This document shows positions 37,846 through 50,200 of a DNA stretch of 64,000 nucleotides, in pieces (position 1 is the first letter of the stretch; every line of letters begins with the position of its first letter). The notes below the pieces were generated by a model that did no database searches, was not told the DNA's origin, and was given only the letters and a program-made list of their open reading frames with translations. The DNA is from Marsupella aquatica (Eukaryota > Plantae > Marchantiophyta), in NCBI GenBank assembly GCA_973895155.1, contig OZ316897.1, forward strand, positions 8,207,832-8,271,831. Direction: 5' to 3'. The position numbers were made by a program, and so were the translations under genes.

Positions 37846-39266
37846 AGGTTGAACACCTACAAAGCTGCACACAAAATTCCATCAGGTAAGCATCAAACCA
37901 TCACAGATAATCTGCAAGTGCAGTTCACGAATTCTAGTCTAGCTCTTACAGACTTTGGAAAATCTGTCATTGAGAAACCGAACGTTTCTATCAAAATTTG
38001 CATTCATGAATTTTCGAACCTTCCAGGAGAATTCCCCGCAGTAGCAGAAATCTCCAAGCTGCAGAAAGCTCCAGGCTGCTACAAACCTTGCTTTATCTGC
38101 ATCAAAAGTTCAGCCAGCAAATCAACCCAAAGAACTGACAAGGCGAGAGACAAGCTGCAAAAATTTCCAAGCTACCAAGCTTGTATTTGTATCAAATTTA
38201 GATTGGAAATTCAACCTAAAGACCTGACAAGGCAAGAGACAGTGTGAAAGCTTGAAGCAGAGGTCAAATAGTCAAGCTGGGCAGCGGAGCTGATTTGCAA
38301 TGACAGACTACAAGGTGAGAGAAAGAAACACCGCTTGAAGCTGAGCTCGAATGCAGCTGATGACAATGAGAGAGGACAGGTGAGAGACAGAGACAGGCAT
38401 GAAGCAAAGCTCAAATGGTCGGGCTGAGCAGTGGAGTTGATGATAACGATGTGGGACAAAGCGAGAGAGAGACTAGCTACCTTCCTACCACGATTCAAGC
38501 AATTCTCTGAACCAGGAGGTGCTGACACACAGGGGAAACGGAAAGTAATTTAGGGCAAACCTCTAATCCAGCTCAGAAGCTCCAAAATGTTGAAGAAAAC
38601 AAACACAACATTGCGAAGCCCAATGCTTCAGTCTTGGAATGATCAGCAAGCGACGAAGAAAGGAGTCGGTGGCATAACTAGCAGTAAACACCGCAGCAGT
38701 ATAAGAGGTTATTCAATAACTTGATCAGCAACAGACAGGCACACGTATCGAGCTTCCTTCATCTCGAGGGTGGCCAAAGGACGGATCGTACCACAAGATG
38801 CGAATCAAGTAAAGGCCGGAAGTCATGAAAAGAGTTGGACTTTGACGCAGTGTGAAACTCTCAGCTAGCCTAGAAAGTTTCAATAAGTTCTACCTTTGTT
38901 GAACCCAGCTGTATAAATTCAAAACACTTCTCATAAGTCGACAGCAAATACCAGTCCAGCAAACACAGTTCTGCTCCTACAAACTTGATCGAGAGATTGT
39001 CAAGTCATTTATACCATAGTGAGCTCTTAAAAGAGACTCGTTGAGTCCATTGTACACAACACCTAGTTCGTCCGTGACTCATATTTGGTGACCAAATTGG
39101 TGCCAAATTTATATCAAAAGACTAGACCAAGCTTCTATACTAGCACCAACATGCGACCTAAATGACCGATTTCGCATGCTGAGAATGTACAGTCCTTCGC
39201 TTTGTGGGATAGTGAAGGAACAAGTACCGAATCAGAGAGGCCGATTGTGATTCGGTTCATGTTCGA

Positions 39267-40315
39267 TCCACCCACTATTCCCAAAGACTGATGCAAGTAC
39301 TAAACCCGGAAACTACATTCACGAATTTGAAGCCTTAGGTCTCATTCCTGGGCAGGAGCATGAGAGTAGAAGGGTCCTGACCTTCTTCCTGTCCCTTGCA
39401 TTTTGGTCGCGCCAGCTTTGCAATGTGATCAGTCCCTTGCAAATAAAGCACCCTCCACTGGGTCTCATCCCTGGTATCTGCAGCGGATGTTTGCTTTCCC
39501 AGTTTCTTGCTCCAGTACCATCCTCAGCTTTTTTCTTAAGTGCCGCTTAGACCAGGAATCTGAGTCACTTCGCTTTTAAATCTCTTACTCTGGACTGGAG
39601 CTCCATCTCCCTGTAGAGATTGCATTCAGAGAATCGTTTACCAGTGGCCTAGAGCTCAGATCTCCAAATTCAGTTCAAGCACAACTCTCTACAGCTGAAC
39701 AATTCTGAGAGTAGCTTGTTCGTTTCGGATATTTTTCTGTACTGTGAATTCTTGTGATTAAAAGATGGGTCACGCCATTTCAAGAGATGACTTTCATGTA
39801 AAACAAAGAAATGATAAATGAACGGCACGATACAGAGAATTGCATTTCGCAAAAAGTGAGACTCCAACCTTCGATTTTTCACCACCACGCTCCTGGCCAA
39901 TGGCCGCGTTCGTCTGAGCCGCATGAGGGGTCCCATTTCCCTCCGGAGCTTCTTCCCAGTCAGCTATTTCTTCGTCTTTCCCGGCTTGGAAAACCCATTT
40001 CTCAGAGGACGCGACAGCTTTCCGGTCTGCTGCTGCGTTTTTGTTTCGGTTGTGGGTCGCCTCCCGTCACCACTTTGAAATTTTTTTGCGAGCGAGCTTC
40101 TGCCACTTGTTGCCCATCATTTTACATCCCTTGGACTGAACAATGCATTAATGCGATGTTGCCAGGGAGATTCCTACTCGTCACTCCTGATCGAGACCTT
40201 CTTAAACCCTGCGTTGGGTGTTTCGTTACAATGTCTGGGCATGTTTGTCGATTAGGGCAAAATTGGGTCGTTCAACTGGGGGTTTAACCCTGCGGTTTTG
40301 TGAGTACGGTAAAAG
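39267..40315 (-). pseudogene. Degenerate duplicate of the CCHC gene (upstream region, exon 1, intron 1, exon 2, plus an exon 5/intron 5 fragment)
   Basis: 39371-40315 aligns by eye to 31145-32124, and 39267-39334 to 29057-29126. A 7-T run at 40081-40087 (5 T in the parent) gives MMGNKWQKLARKKISKW*; further indels in exon 2. Confidence 0.9.
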
Positions 40316-40383
40316 TCACATGTACAACACTGCCAAAAACTAAACGAAGGAATACATGGCAGAACACCAAATTTGGTGACATT

Positions 40384-40549
40384 TTTTTTTCCCTTTAAAA
40401 ATAATCATTTATTTGAAGGAGAAATCTGTGAAACCTCAAAGAAAGGGAACAGTAAGTCAAAATATTTGAACTCAAGACCTACCAGTTTCCACTAGACCTA
40501 CCAGTTTCCACTCAAACTAGAGCTATCACTCAGCCATGCCTCTCTAGGC
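40384..40549 (-). mobile_element. tRNA-derived SINE
   Basis: Perfect 17-bp TSD CCAAATTTGGTGACATT (40367-40383 / 40550-40566); poly(A) tail on the - strand; A-box-like TGGCTGAGTGA and B-box-like GAGTTCAAAT; internal 19-bp duplication. Confidence 0.85.
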
Positions 40550-42012
40550 CCAAATTTGGTGACATTAACCCAAAGAAGCGAGAAAGCAATGGAAAAACTA
40601 GAAACACCAGATAGCCAAAAAAAGCTTGAGTGTTCTACCAACAGCAAAAGAACTATAGCTCTCCTGAGTAGCAAACTGAAAAGCCTAATATTAAAGTTCT
40701 AGAGTAAACCCCATCAGAAGGTCACTAATAAAAATTTGTCTAGATGTTCTAAAACCACCAGCCTTGACCTTGCAAAGAAAAGTGAATGTATGAGTTCTAT
40801 TTGCTGTGACAAACACTTGTTGTTGATCAGGGAAAACTATGCCTAGACTAGACTAGACTAGATGCCTATGCACGCATCATGTCGTAGAGCAAAAAAGTTA
40901 TTGCGTGTAAGTGTTGTCGAGCTTAAGTGGCTATTCAAAATGTGGGGGAATGCAGGTCAGGCAAGGGTGCTAGAAACTGATTCCCTAGTGTCTCTTGATT
41001 TTTCCCTGCTACTTATATATATCATTTTATTTTTTTCTCACCTTTCCAAAATTCTTGGCTTCACAGTGCGCCACATCATCATGGCATGCTCCAAACAGGA
41101 AGAGACTTGTTTTTGGATAAAATTAACTTATGTGTTCGTGTTTGTGGCAACTTTGTTGTAAAAATTGGGACGCCATGCCATAAAAGAGAATGTAAAAAAA
41201 CTAACATGCAAATCAAAAGACAAAAGATTGAGGTAAAATTGTTCCAGTTTTATTCACAATTTGATTTTATTCAAAACATAAAAAAAATTTGACAACAATT
41301 TTTGGTTTGACATTGCTGAGTCAAATCATAATGAAAACTTACTAAAGACATCTTGGGTACCACAACATATTTTTTCTTAGTGATATTTTGGCTAACACAA
41401 TATCTCTTTTCTTAATGACACCTTGGGCACACATTTTTTGCAGTATATTTTGGGTATCACAAGATATTTTTTCTTAACAACAATTTGAGAGACACATTTG
41501 TTTTTGCCATGCACTGGTATTGAGCTACACTCTTTACAGTATTTAGTGTCATAAAACAATTAGTATCACACACACTAATTAGATGTAGCCCTTGATTTTC
41601 AGCCAAGTGACACTATTTACCGTCACCCCTAATTTTGAACAATAAATTAACATATTGAAAAATATTGATGATTAGAGGTAATAATGTTATTGGTGGTAAC
41701 CCTAAACTGGACCCATTCCAAAGTTATCCGGACTACCAGTGACATCTCTTTGTGTGTATGTTCTTAGAAAGTTTTTTTGTGTTTTAGCTTGTCAGTCTTT
41801 GTGAAAGGAGGTTGACATATTGATAACATGGCGGGAATGGATTGGCCATCATAGCTGGATTTGCTAGACCAAGGGAAAGAGAATCCAAGAGAGAATCAAC
41901 ACTATGTCAAAATGTCACTGGTAATTAATATGCATCTCCTTTGGCTTATCCTCGTTGCACTTCAAAAAATGATAAATGAAGACCCCAAAAATGTGGGGAC
42001 CGGGACACGAAG

Positions 42013-44306
42013 ATTCATGGAGACTAGTCCCTGTTTTGTCATTAAATGCACCTCGGTTCTCCCCCACACCCCACCGGAAGACCCTCCTCATTTTTGTGTC
42101 ACAATTCAGTTTCAGGCCAACCTTTTTGGGTTCCCTCGTTGCCCCTGCCCATCCTATGCCTGGGCAGCCCTTAAAATCACACCCTTCCTTCCCAACACCC
42201 CACCTGAAGACTCTCCTCATTTTTGTGTCACAAGTTGGTTTCAGGCCAACCTTTTTGGGTTCCCTCGCTGCCCCTGCCCATCCCATGCCTGGGCAGCCCC
42301 TAAAACCCCCACCCTTCCAGCTGCTGACTGTTTGTTGAGTAGGGGTGGTGAACAAAGTTGCCATGACACGAAGGAGTGTTTACGGCAAGCATCTACTCTT
42401 TCCCTTATCCCCTTTCTATGTCTTTCCCCAATTTCTCCAAAGAATAGTCTTCCGTGAACTTTAGTAAGGTGAACCAATGGTTTGGGTGAAATCCGGGTGC
42501 CTCACCGATGCTATTTGGGTGCTATTTTTTTAATTTGTTTTTTGCAGTTAAATCAAGTGGCCCTTAAACCATTCTTTGATGCTATTTTGCCAAAAACCTT
42601 TGTGGAAATATTCATGTTAGACTTGAGCTTTTCGTTGGTGTTATTTTTGTGAAAGTTTTTTTCAGATGTGAGCATCTAGCTAGAGCATTTCAGGCAATTT
42701 ATGTCACTTAAATGGTAATTTTTATTGTTTAGCTTAGTACACAATGCTCTAATTGAATTCACAAGGCATCAATTGATTCATAAAAATGAGCACTAGGATG
42801 CATATAGTAACAAATGTAAAAGCAGTTATATGACCTTAAAATTTGAGCTCAATGTTGGTGAAACAACCACAAAATTAGCTATCAAAATCATATCACAATT
42901 CACATCTCTATGTTTACTCAAAGTGACACAAAAGAAACTTTCACAAAAAGAACTTGGTGTGTTTAGGAAATACTCACGTTGGACTCCTTTTTTTGGCAAA
43001 ATAGCATCAAAGAATTGTTTAAATCACACTTGATTTATTTGCAGAAAACAAATTTTAAAAAATAGTACCCAAAACCATTGACTCGCCTTACTAAAGTTCA
43101 GGTAAGACTATGCTTTGGAGAAATACTTTCAGGTGTGAGTACTGCCAAAAAATTTGAGATGGAATAACTAAAGAGAGTAAATATTAGGTACCTTAAAGTA
43201 GTACTTACCTTGCACAAGTATTTCAACACATGAAAAAAAATGAATATGGGAGTGACAAGGGCTAAATACTTTGTACATATGTTATCTATTTATTTTAAGC
43301 AAGTGTACACTTAAAATTGCTTCTAGAGAGTACATTTGGTGGACTGATGTAGATAATTGTAGGATTATGTTACAATTAAAAAATGCAGAAAAGAATCACT
43401 GACACAGGTCATGAGAAAGGGTTGCAGGGACAAGGGGCCCCATTAAGTATATTTGAAAAGTGAGAGTGACGAATATCTTTACCTAGAGGGGACCCATCAA
43501 GTATTTTGCTGGCGCTTTTTGTGATCGTTTAGTTTCTGCCTTGAAATTCCTTTCTTTGTCTTTTCTCAACTCCATTTCTCAACCAAACCAGACTTTTTGA
43601 CATCCTTTGATTCATGCCAGAAATTTTTGTCTGTAGGGTTGTAGTTATTTTAGTCATTTTTGCAGTTGTTTGGACTCAGGCTTATTTTGGCTCTTTAATC
43701 TTACAGAGGTTAGGCTCATGTTTTCACCCCTTTATTGAGTCACTTGCCTTTGGTATCCTGTTTCCTGGTTTGACATTTTTTGTTCTTTGGAAATGTCACA
43801 TATACATTCTCCTTCAACCAGATAGTTCTTTTCTGGAATCTGAGATAATTTTGTTCCTACAAAAGAGACCTCAATGCAACCACACTCAATGCTGAGAGGA
43901 ATTCCTGCCTGAAAAAAAATATATTTGTAGGGAGGGTTTAGTTCTTCTTGCAATTGGTGACTGCGCTCGCCTTATTTGGCTCTTTGGTCTTATTTCCATG
44001 TTTCAAACTTTCAAAATACAGTTAGAAAAATCTGACTAATGACCAGAGAGCGGGCCAGAGAACCCATTATTTAAAATAAAAATATAGAAATAAAAATATA
44101 GAAATAAAAATATAGAAATAAAGGGGTTACCAAAAAGGGCTAGGTTTTAAGGGCTGCCCAAGCATGGGATGGGCAGGGGCAGCCAGGGGACCCAAAAAGG
44201 CTGGCCTGAAAAAAGTGGGACAGAAAAACGAGGAGAGTCTTCCGGTCAGGTGTGGGGGAAAACCAAGATGCATTTAATGACAAAACAGGGACTCGTCTCC
44301 CTGAAT
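42013..44306. mobile_element. Non-autonomous Mutator-like element, 2294 bp
   Basis: Perfect 9-bp TSD GACACGAAG (42004-42012 / 44307-44315); long TIRs (~42013-42180 against ~44143-44306); part of the left TIR is tandemly duplicated to ~42305. Confidence 0.88.
42431..43124. mobile_element. Foldback / MITE-like element inside the Mutator-like element
   Basis: atttctccaaagaatagtctt...gatgctattttgccaaaaa (42431-42596) is inverted at ~42990-43124; no clear TSD. Confidence 0.7.
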
Positions 44307-46784
44307 GACACGAAGCACATCTGGGAAATTGATAAATCCAGGCAAACATTGGTTTTTGTCATTGGCAAGGAACTTTGTAGCTGAGCTGAATAGTTATGTT
44401 GACACACATGACATGTCTTGTGTACAAAATTCAATGATAAACAAGGGTTTGTCTCTAAATGTGAATGGTGTATAGTCTGAAAATCAATTTACACCTAAGC
44501 TTCAGAATATCATAGTAAAGTATCAAGTGAATTTTGAAGGGAGTCGAGTTGGCTTTGACATTGATGCTACTGTTGAAGTGGCTCCTGATGGTGGTGAACC
44601 AGGTGAAGAGCCGGCTCAACCCACTTCTCTTGGGGCTGTATGTAGTCTTGCAAGGATGAAACACAAGCAGGGACACAAGGGACAGGTTGTAGGAGAGTGA
44701 AAAGGATGTTAGTTCGTAGCTTCAACATGTGTTATTCATAGTTGATAGAAGTGAATTAAACAGATCTTGTTTGCTCAATGTGGTTGAGTACCCCAAACTG
44801 CAATTTGTGAGTTATAAATTTATGAAGTTTGTTCAATGTTTGAGTAGTAAATTTTGTAAATTGTAATAAAATATTGTGTACATTTTTTTAAATTTTTTTA
44901 TTAGCAAGTTTTGACTATTATATCTTCTATTTGTTTTAACTTAAGTGTGTGTGACACTATTTGACATGTGACCATAATTAGTGTCATACCCATATTAGTG
45001 TCACACACCCTAATTAGGGTCAGTTACCTCAAATATAACCTCACTCTAATTAGAGTGTGTGAGACTAAATACTGTAAAAGAGTGTAGTTGTGTATGTTAA
45101 GTACACATCCTTCATGATAACAAATTACACTTATTGCTGAAGATAATTGATCTTGTTCCTCATTGACTCACATGGATAGTTGGCGACTGGTCGATCATTC
45201 GGATAAATTATGTAAGTGAATGTATCATTCTCTCGAATGTTTGTGACCGTCAAAATTAATCACAAGCTTGAATGCTTTAACAGGATTGTATACGACATGG
45301 CCGGTATCAAAGGGCCGCAGGTCCACTGACAGAGAAAGCTAGCTGCGAGACACTGAGCTTCAATCGGCCGGGTCTGGAGGCCGTTGAAGTCGTGTCTGCA
45401 ATCTAGGGAGGCATGTGAAGGTGTGCATGACCTGTATTGCCAGTTAAATTTGTTAGAGATGTGTCCACCTTCTCGTCAGTCTATGTTGGCTCGTTAAAAG
45501 ATGGCATGCGCATCCGAAGCCAGCAGCATTTTGTCACTATATATAAGTAGGCAAAATTATTGATCACTTCGGACTGCATTCTTTCAAAGCTACATACTAC
45601 ACAGTACCAAAACGGACAGAAGGTACTAGCTACTGTTAACATATTGAAACGTTCAGAAATATTTTAATTGACTTTGATGTCCGAAATTAAGAGGATTTTG
45701 ATCAATTCCATACCACACTTGTGTGAAGTGAGCCTTACATCTGAGAAGTGAGACGAGCCAGACCGGAAGGTGTGAGAAGCATATCCACGGAGATTGTTGA
45801 TTGAATCTAATTTTTAGCATGTCAGAGAAGAATTGTCTCAAAGAGCGTTCTTCCGTAAAATCATCGCCAAGGACGGCTTGAGGTATGAAAACAAACCAAA
45901 ACGACAGCTCAAGGTTATTTTTGGACCTTGCCTTTCTGGCGTGTGAATCTAATTTGGCCTCAATTCAGTGTAATGCCTCAGTCTCGACCTCATTCGGAAG
46001 GGTCTCAAGACCAAAACATCCCCAGGCGAGGTAATTTCCATCGTACGTCGAGTGTGGCCGGCACTCGACAAACACGGAGCCACACAGTACGATTTACAGC
46101 CTGTGTGAAGGCATGCGATTCGAGCCAGGTGCGAAGTTCAAGACGTTAACAAATTGTTCCTGGAATTACAATCCGCAACTAATATTGTATACTATAACAA
46201 TTGCTGATAATCATGATGATTATGCTGTATCCATTGAGAGATCGACAAAACGCTTAACGCGAACAACAAGAATGAAAGCTTTGACAAGTATCTCTAATTA
46301 AAAGAAAAGTTGTCGAAGATCGGCAGTATTGCAGTTGCTGCTGAACCTCAGTGTACAGTCTTCTTGAAGCATATGATCTAAAGTAGCCAGTCAGTTGCAA
46401 ATTATTGTATGGCGTGTGGCCAACTTTGTAGTCGTTTGTACCCAACTATGTGCCGGCTATACGTACGTGACTCCACCGACTGTGCTGGGGCTAAGACTAC
46501 TTGACCGTTAAAAAGGCTCTACGACTGAAAACTTGCCTCTCTAGCTAGCTCTAACTTACAAGATACGATAATGAGTTTCGGTAGCTACTGCACTAAACTA
46601 GATCGAATTAGCTAAAGGAACAAAAAAGGTACTGTAGCTTTATGAGAAGTACATTATCAATGGCTTCAAGCTTAAGTGGATGCCACGAATTATTGTTATC
46701 TGACTTGATCCAGTGTTTCTCATATGATCCTCCTTTTCGTCATCGAAAAGCTGGCCGGGTGCATCAAACTCTTCACGACACAAT

Positions 46785-47282
46785 TCAAGGCCAGGGGACA
46801 TAAGGATCACTGGTGTGCCAAATGGGTTTATGGGTCGAAGTGAATACCCCCAGATTTCCATACAAGGTGATTGACGCATAGAACTCATCTTCATAAGGCT
46901 GGGTAGAATTGGACGTCCAGATTACGACTCGTTCGTCAGCCCGTTCACCGTAGATGACCAGATTTCCATCCCTTTGCATAGCAAGGTAGCAGACGTGGTA
47001 ACCAAACTGCTTTGTGTTAGACGACCAGTGAGGATTGAAGTCTTTGTACACCATCAGATTGCAGTCCGTCTGCCATTTTGCTTGGTAGATGCTGATGCCA
47101 CCCTGGTTACTGCATTGTGTAGCGATCGAGTGAACAATCTCAGTGCCCATCGACCTCCAAGCCGTAGCTGCGACCCATTGGGACAGTGATGGTCCGTCAT
47201 ATCCTTCTACACTGGAGGGCGATGACAAAAATGCCATTGTCCAAGCTGCAACTGCAAACAGAAAGACGAGGAACTTCCTCAT
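46785..47282 (-). CDS. Secreted bulb-type (GNA-related) mannose-binding lectin, 165 aa, single coding exon
   Basis: ATG at 47282 gives a signal-peptide-like MRKFLVFLFAVAAWTMAFL. Two QxDxNxVxY-type sites (QTDCNLMVY, QRDGNLVIY) each followed by WSSNT/WTSNS; degenerate third site TLYGNLGVF...IWHT. Confidence 0.85.
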   Translation of the reverse strand: MRKFLVFLFAVAAWTMAFLSSPSSVEGYDGPSLSQWVAATAWRSMGTEIVHSIATQCSNQGGISIYQAKWQTDCNLMVYKDFNPHWSSNTKQFGYHVCYLAMQRDGNLVIYGERADERVVIWTSNSTQPYEDEFYASITLYGNLGVFTSTHKPIWHTSDPYVPWP

Positions 47283-50200
47283 AACTTCCCAGTGCTTGCC
47301 AGATAGATATGAAAGTTGACAAATTGTAACTTTGGTGCTCAAGCACCTGACTAGTCTACATAGAATGGTTCACTATCGATCGAGACGATGAAACAATTCA
47401 CTGTACCATTCAGATCTCCACAAAGTCTGACAGCTAGCAGTACCAGATGCACATTGACAAGGTGTATTGAGCAAATCCAGTTGCGTTGGTTCAAGGAGCC
47501 TGCTACTCTAGGTCGATCGGACTGACGTAAGTCGAGACTAGAAAGAAACATAAAGCAAATGTGGCAGAGCTAATTAATGACGAATCGCGAGACAAACTAA
47601 GAGGGAACAGCGACACAAGCTAGGACGAAGGGACGAATCCTAAGGATGGGAGAGAGGTACGTCGAACGAGACAGACTGAGAAACTCTCTCGCATTGAGCT
47701 CTTAAGACTGGACATGAGAAGGGCCACTGATCGATGGAGAACGGATCGACTCAGGATGCGGACGAGTGGCAATTTAGAAGTGTTGAGCGATTTGCATGTC
47801 GTTCTGAACATTGCTTCCGTTTCAAATCCTACGTTCGTTACCCGTCTTCGTCTTTCGGTAACGCATGTCGGTTAACAAAGATAATCTTACGCGGCCTTGC
47901 TCACGTTTGTACTCACACGCTTTCTGAAAAGTCTCGGTAGGTCGTGAAGCAAATCGATCACCGTGTGACATGTAATCAATTCTGCCATGTGTGAGTGTTA
48001 TAGATTAGAGACCGGGTGTGGAATGAAGGACGATTACTCCTCTTAAGCCCCGACTAATAAATTCTCAAACAACACACAGATGGACTAATGATTCTCAAGT
48101 CCCCAAAACGACTAATGATTTCTCACACAACACACAGACGGACTCATGAAACTCTGAAGTAACTCTACTTGAGGTGTGCAAAAGTGAACTAGAAGTTCTC
48201 TCATTCTGGGTGTCTCATTCTCCACTGGAAGACAGTTCTCTCATTCTGCTCGGACAGCAATTGCCGGTGACTTAGAGCCAAGCACATCCCGAAGCCCCAA
48301 AGTTCTACTTAGAGGTGACTTAGAGCCAAGGACATCTGGAAGCCCAAAGGTCGACTGAGAGACGACGCTCAAACCCTGGACCAGTGTCTAAATAACAGTC
48401 GGCTCACCCCGATTTGATCACATTATGGATAACTACTATGGATGACTTTACTATATTTTTGAAGAAGGGAAACCTCTTTGAGTAAGTTGCGCGACTCGTT
48501 TACAAGAGGAAAAATCACTCTTGTATTTATAGAACTTCTTACAACTGTTGTAACTAATCGTCTTGACGCATAACACAGATCAGGCCTGCCCGAGATAGTT
48601 TGGTGGGAAAATCACTGGTTTCATGTTTTTATATTTTTACGTCAATTCTTAGAACGGCCGGTGCAACAACATCTGTTGGGCAATGTCATCTGAAGGGTCC
48701 ATGTCAAAATAATCTGGTAGCAATCCATATGAAATGAAAAATTTCTGTACAATTTCTCTCTTCATAGGTGCTACCCGATCTAGAACTAATGGTTTACACA
48801 CGTCTAGTAACTAGAAAGGCCAGAAAGGCAAGAGATAAATGGATATCCCATAAACCAGTTGCCAATAACTAAGACGCAGGCTATCCTCTAGAATAGCAAC
48901 CATTATCTGATGTGGTGGACATTCATTTGATGATAAAAACCATTTCTCAAATGTATCATTCGACAGCCCATTTGCTGCAATTGACTCCTACAATTAAAGG
49001 CTCTTGTTCACCAGAGCCCAGAGACCAGTTCTAAGTTCAGTCTTACTCTGCAAACTTGAATAATATCAGTAAGATCAGTGGGAGGACACTTAAGAAAAGG
49101 TAACAAGTATTGGGTCCTAAAAAGCAGAAAAAATTCAGTGTGGCCTGCAAGCCTACTCACTCAGTTGTTTTGCCAGATTGAACAGTTCCATGGGGAACTC
49201 AATGCGGGTTCATCCAGGTCCCTAGAGCTCCAATCTCTGTCAATCCAATGATACAATCTTAAGACGGCAAAACAGTGACATATTTCCACCCCTGAACTAA
49301 TATAGTTGAGGAAACGCCTTGCACACACTTAGGCAAGCTACCGCGGGTGAGGCATACACCACAAGTAAGGTAAGAGGCAAAGAACGAAGGCTGCATTGCA
49401 TCGCTAAACCAACTTGTTGCAAGCCCGCTAGCTGCAGAGACTGCCATGTTAATTAGGTTGACTGTATATTTCCAATTTGTAAAGACAATCCTAATCATCT
49501 TCTAAGTATTGCCCTAATAGAACTGTCTGCACTTCCTAGACGTGTTGGAAATTTAAACAACTCCATCCACTAAGCTGCATCATCCCAGCTAAATCCACAA
49601 CTCGATTGCTTTAGAGTCAATGGAACTGAAATAGAATTCAGGCTACTAGCAATGCTGCAGGCATGGTTGACAAATCACTACCAGCTTGATTTCTTTGACT
49701 CCTGCTTTAAAAACCTACGTCGTACTTGTGCATATACATGCGCATTAATCTTGATCTCCCACTCCAGCTTAATTAGAGATGTTATAATCATCAATAATTG
49801 AAGTCCTTCTATATACATATGCAATTTACCTCAACAGAGCTTTTCAGCACCGAGAATCTGGACCGTGGAAGCGGGATATTAATTTAGGTTGGGAAGGCTG
49901 CCGGCATGAGAATGATATAAGTGGAGCACCGAAACATCTCACAGATGAGTGCAGCCAGATTGGGTCAACAGGGGAATGTCTTGCCCTGCAGTTGCGCAAA
50001 AGACGCCACAAATGAGTGACACATAGATACTTACATTCAGAGAAAGGAAATGGAGAGATGACAAAAGTGAAAAAGTGGAATTTCGTTGGCATTCGTTGCC
50101 CAGCAGCTCACATAACTCACGTACATACCCATGGACGCTTTGGCTGCTTTCACAATGTTCTCCGCTTTGTCATTGTCGCCATATATATCTCAGTCAGCAC

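Larger units (their letters stand above)
41528..45084 (+). mobile_element. TA-flanked TIR DNA transposon (Tc1/mariner-pogo-like) with an interrupted transposase-like remnant
   Basis: TIRs CACTCTTTACAGTATTTAGTGTCA / TGAGACTAAATACTGTAAAAGAGTG flanked by TA. The reading frame 41861-42012 continues into 44316-44700 once the inner insertion is removed, with one internal TAG. Confidence 0.7.

Noticed and set aside
41861-42457. 198-aa ORF and overlapping ORFs as a gene
   Set aside because: Beyond 42012 the ORF reads through the duplicated TIR of the Mutator-like element; only the first ~50 codons belong to the interrupted remnant.
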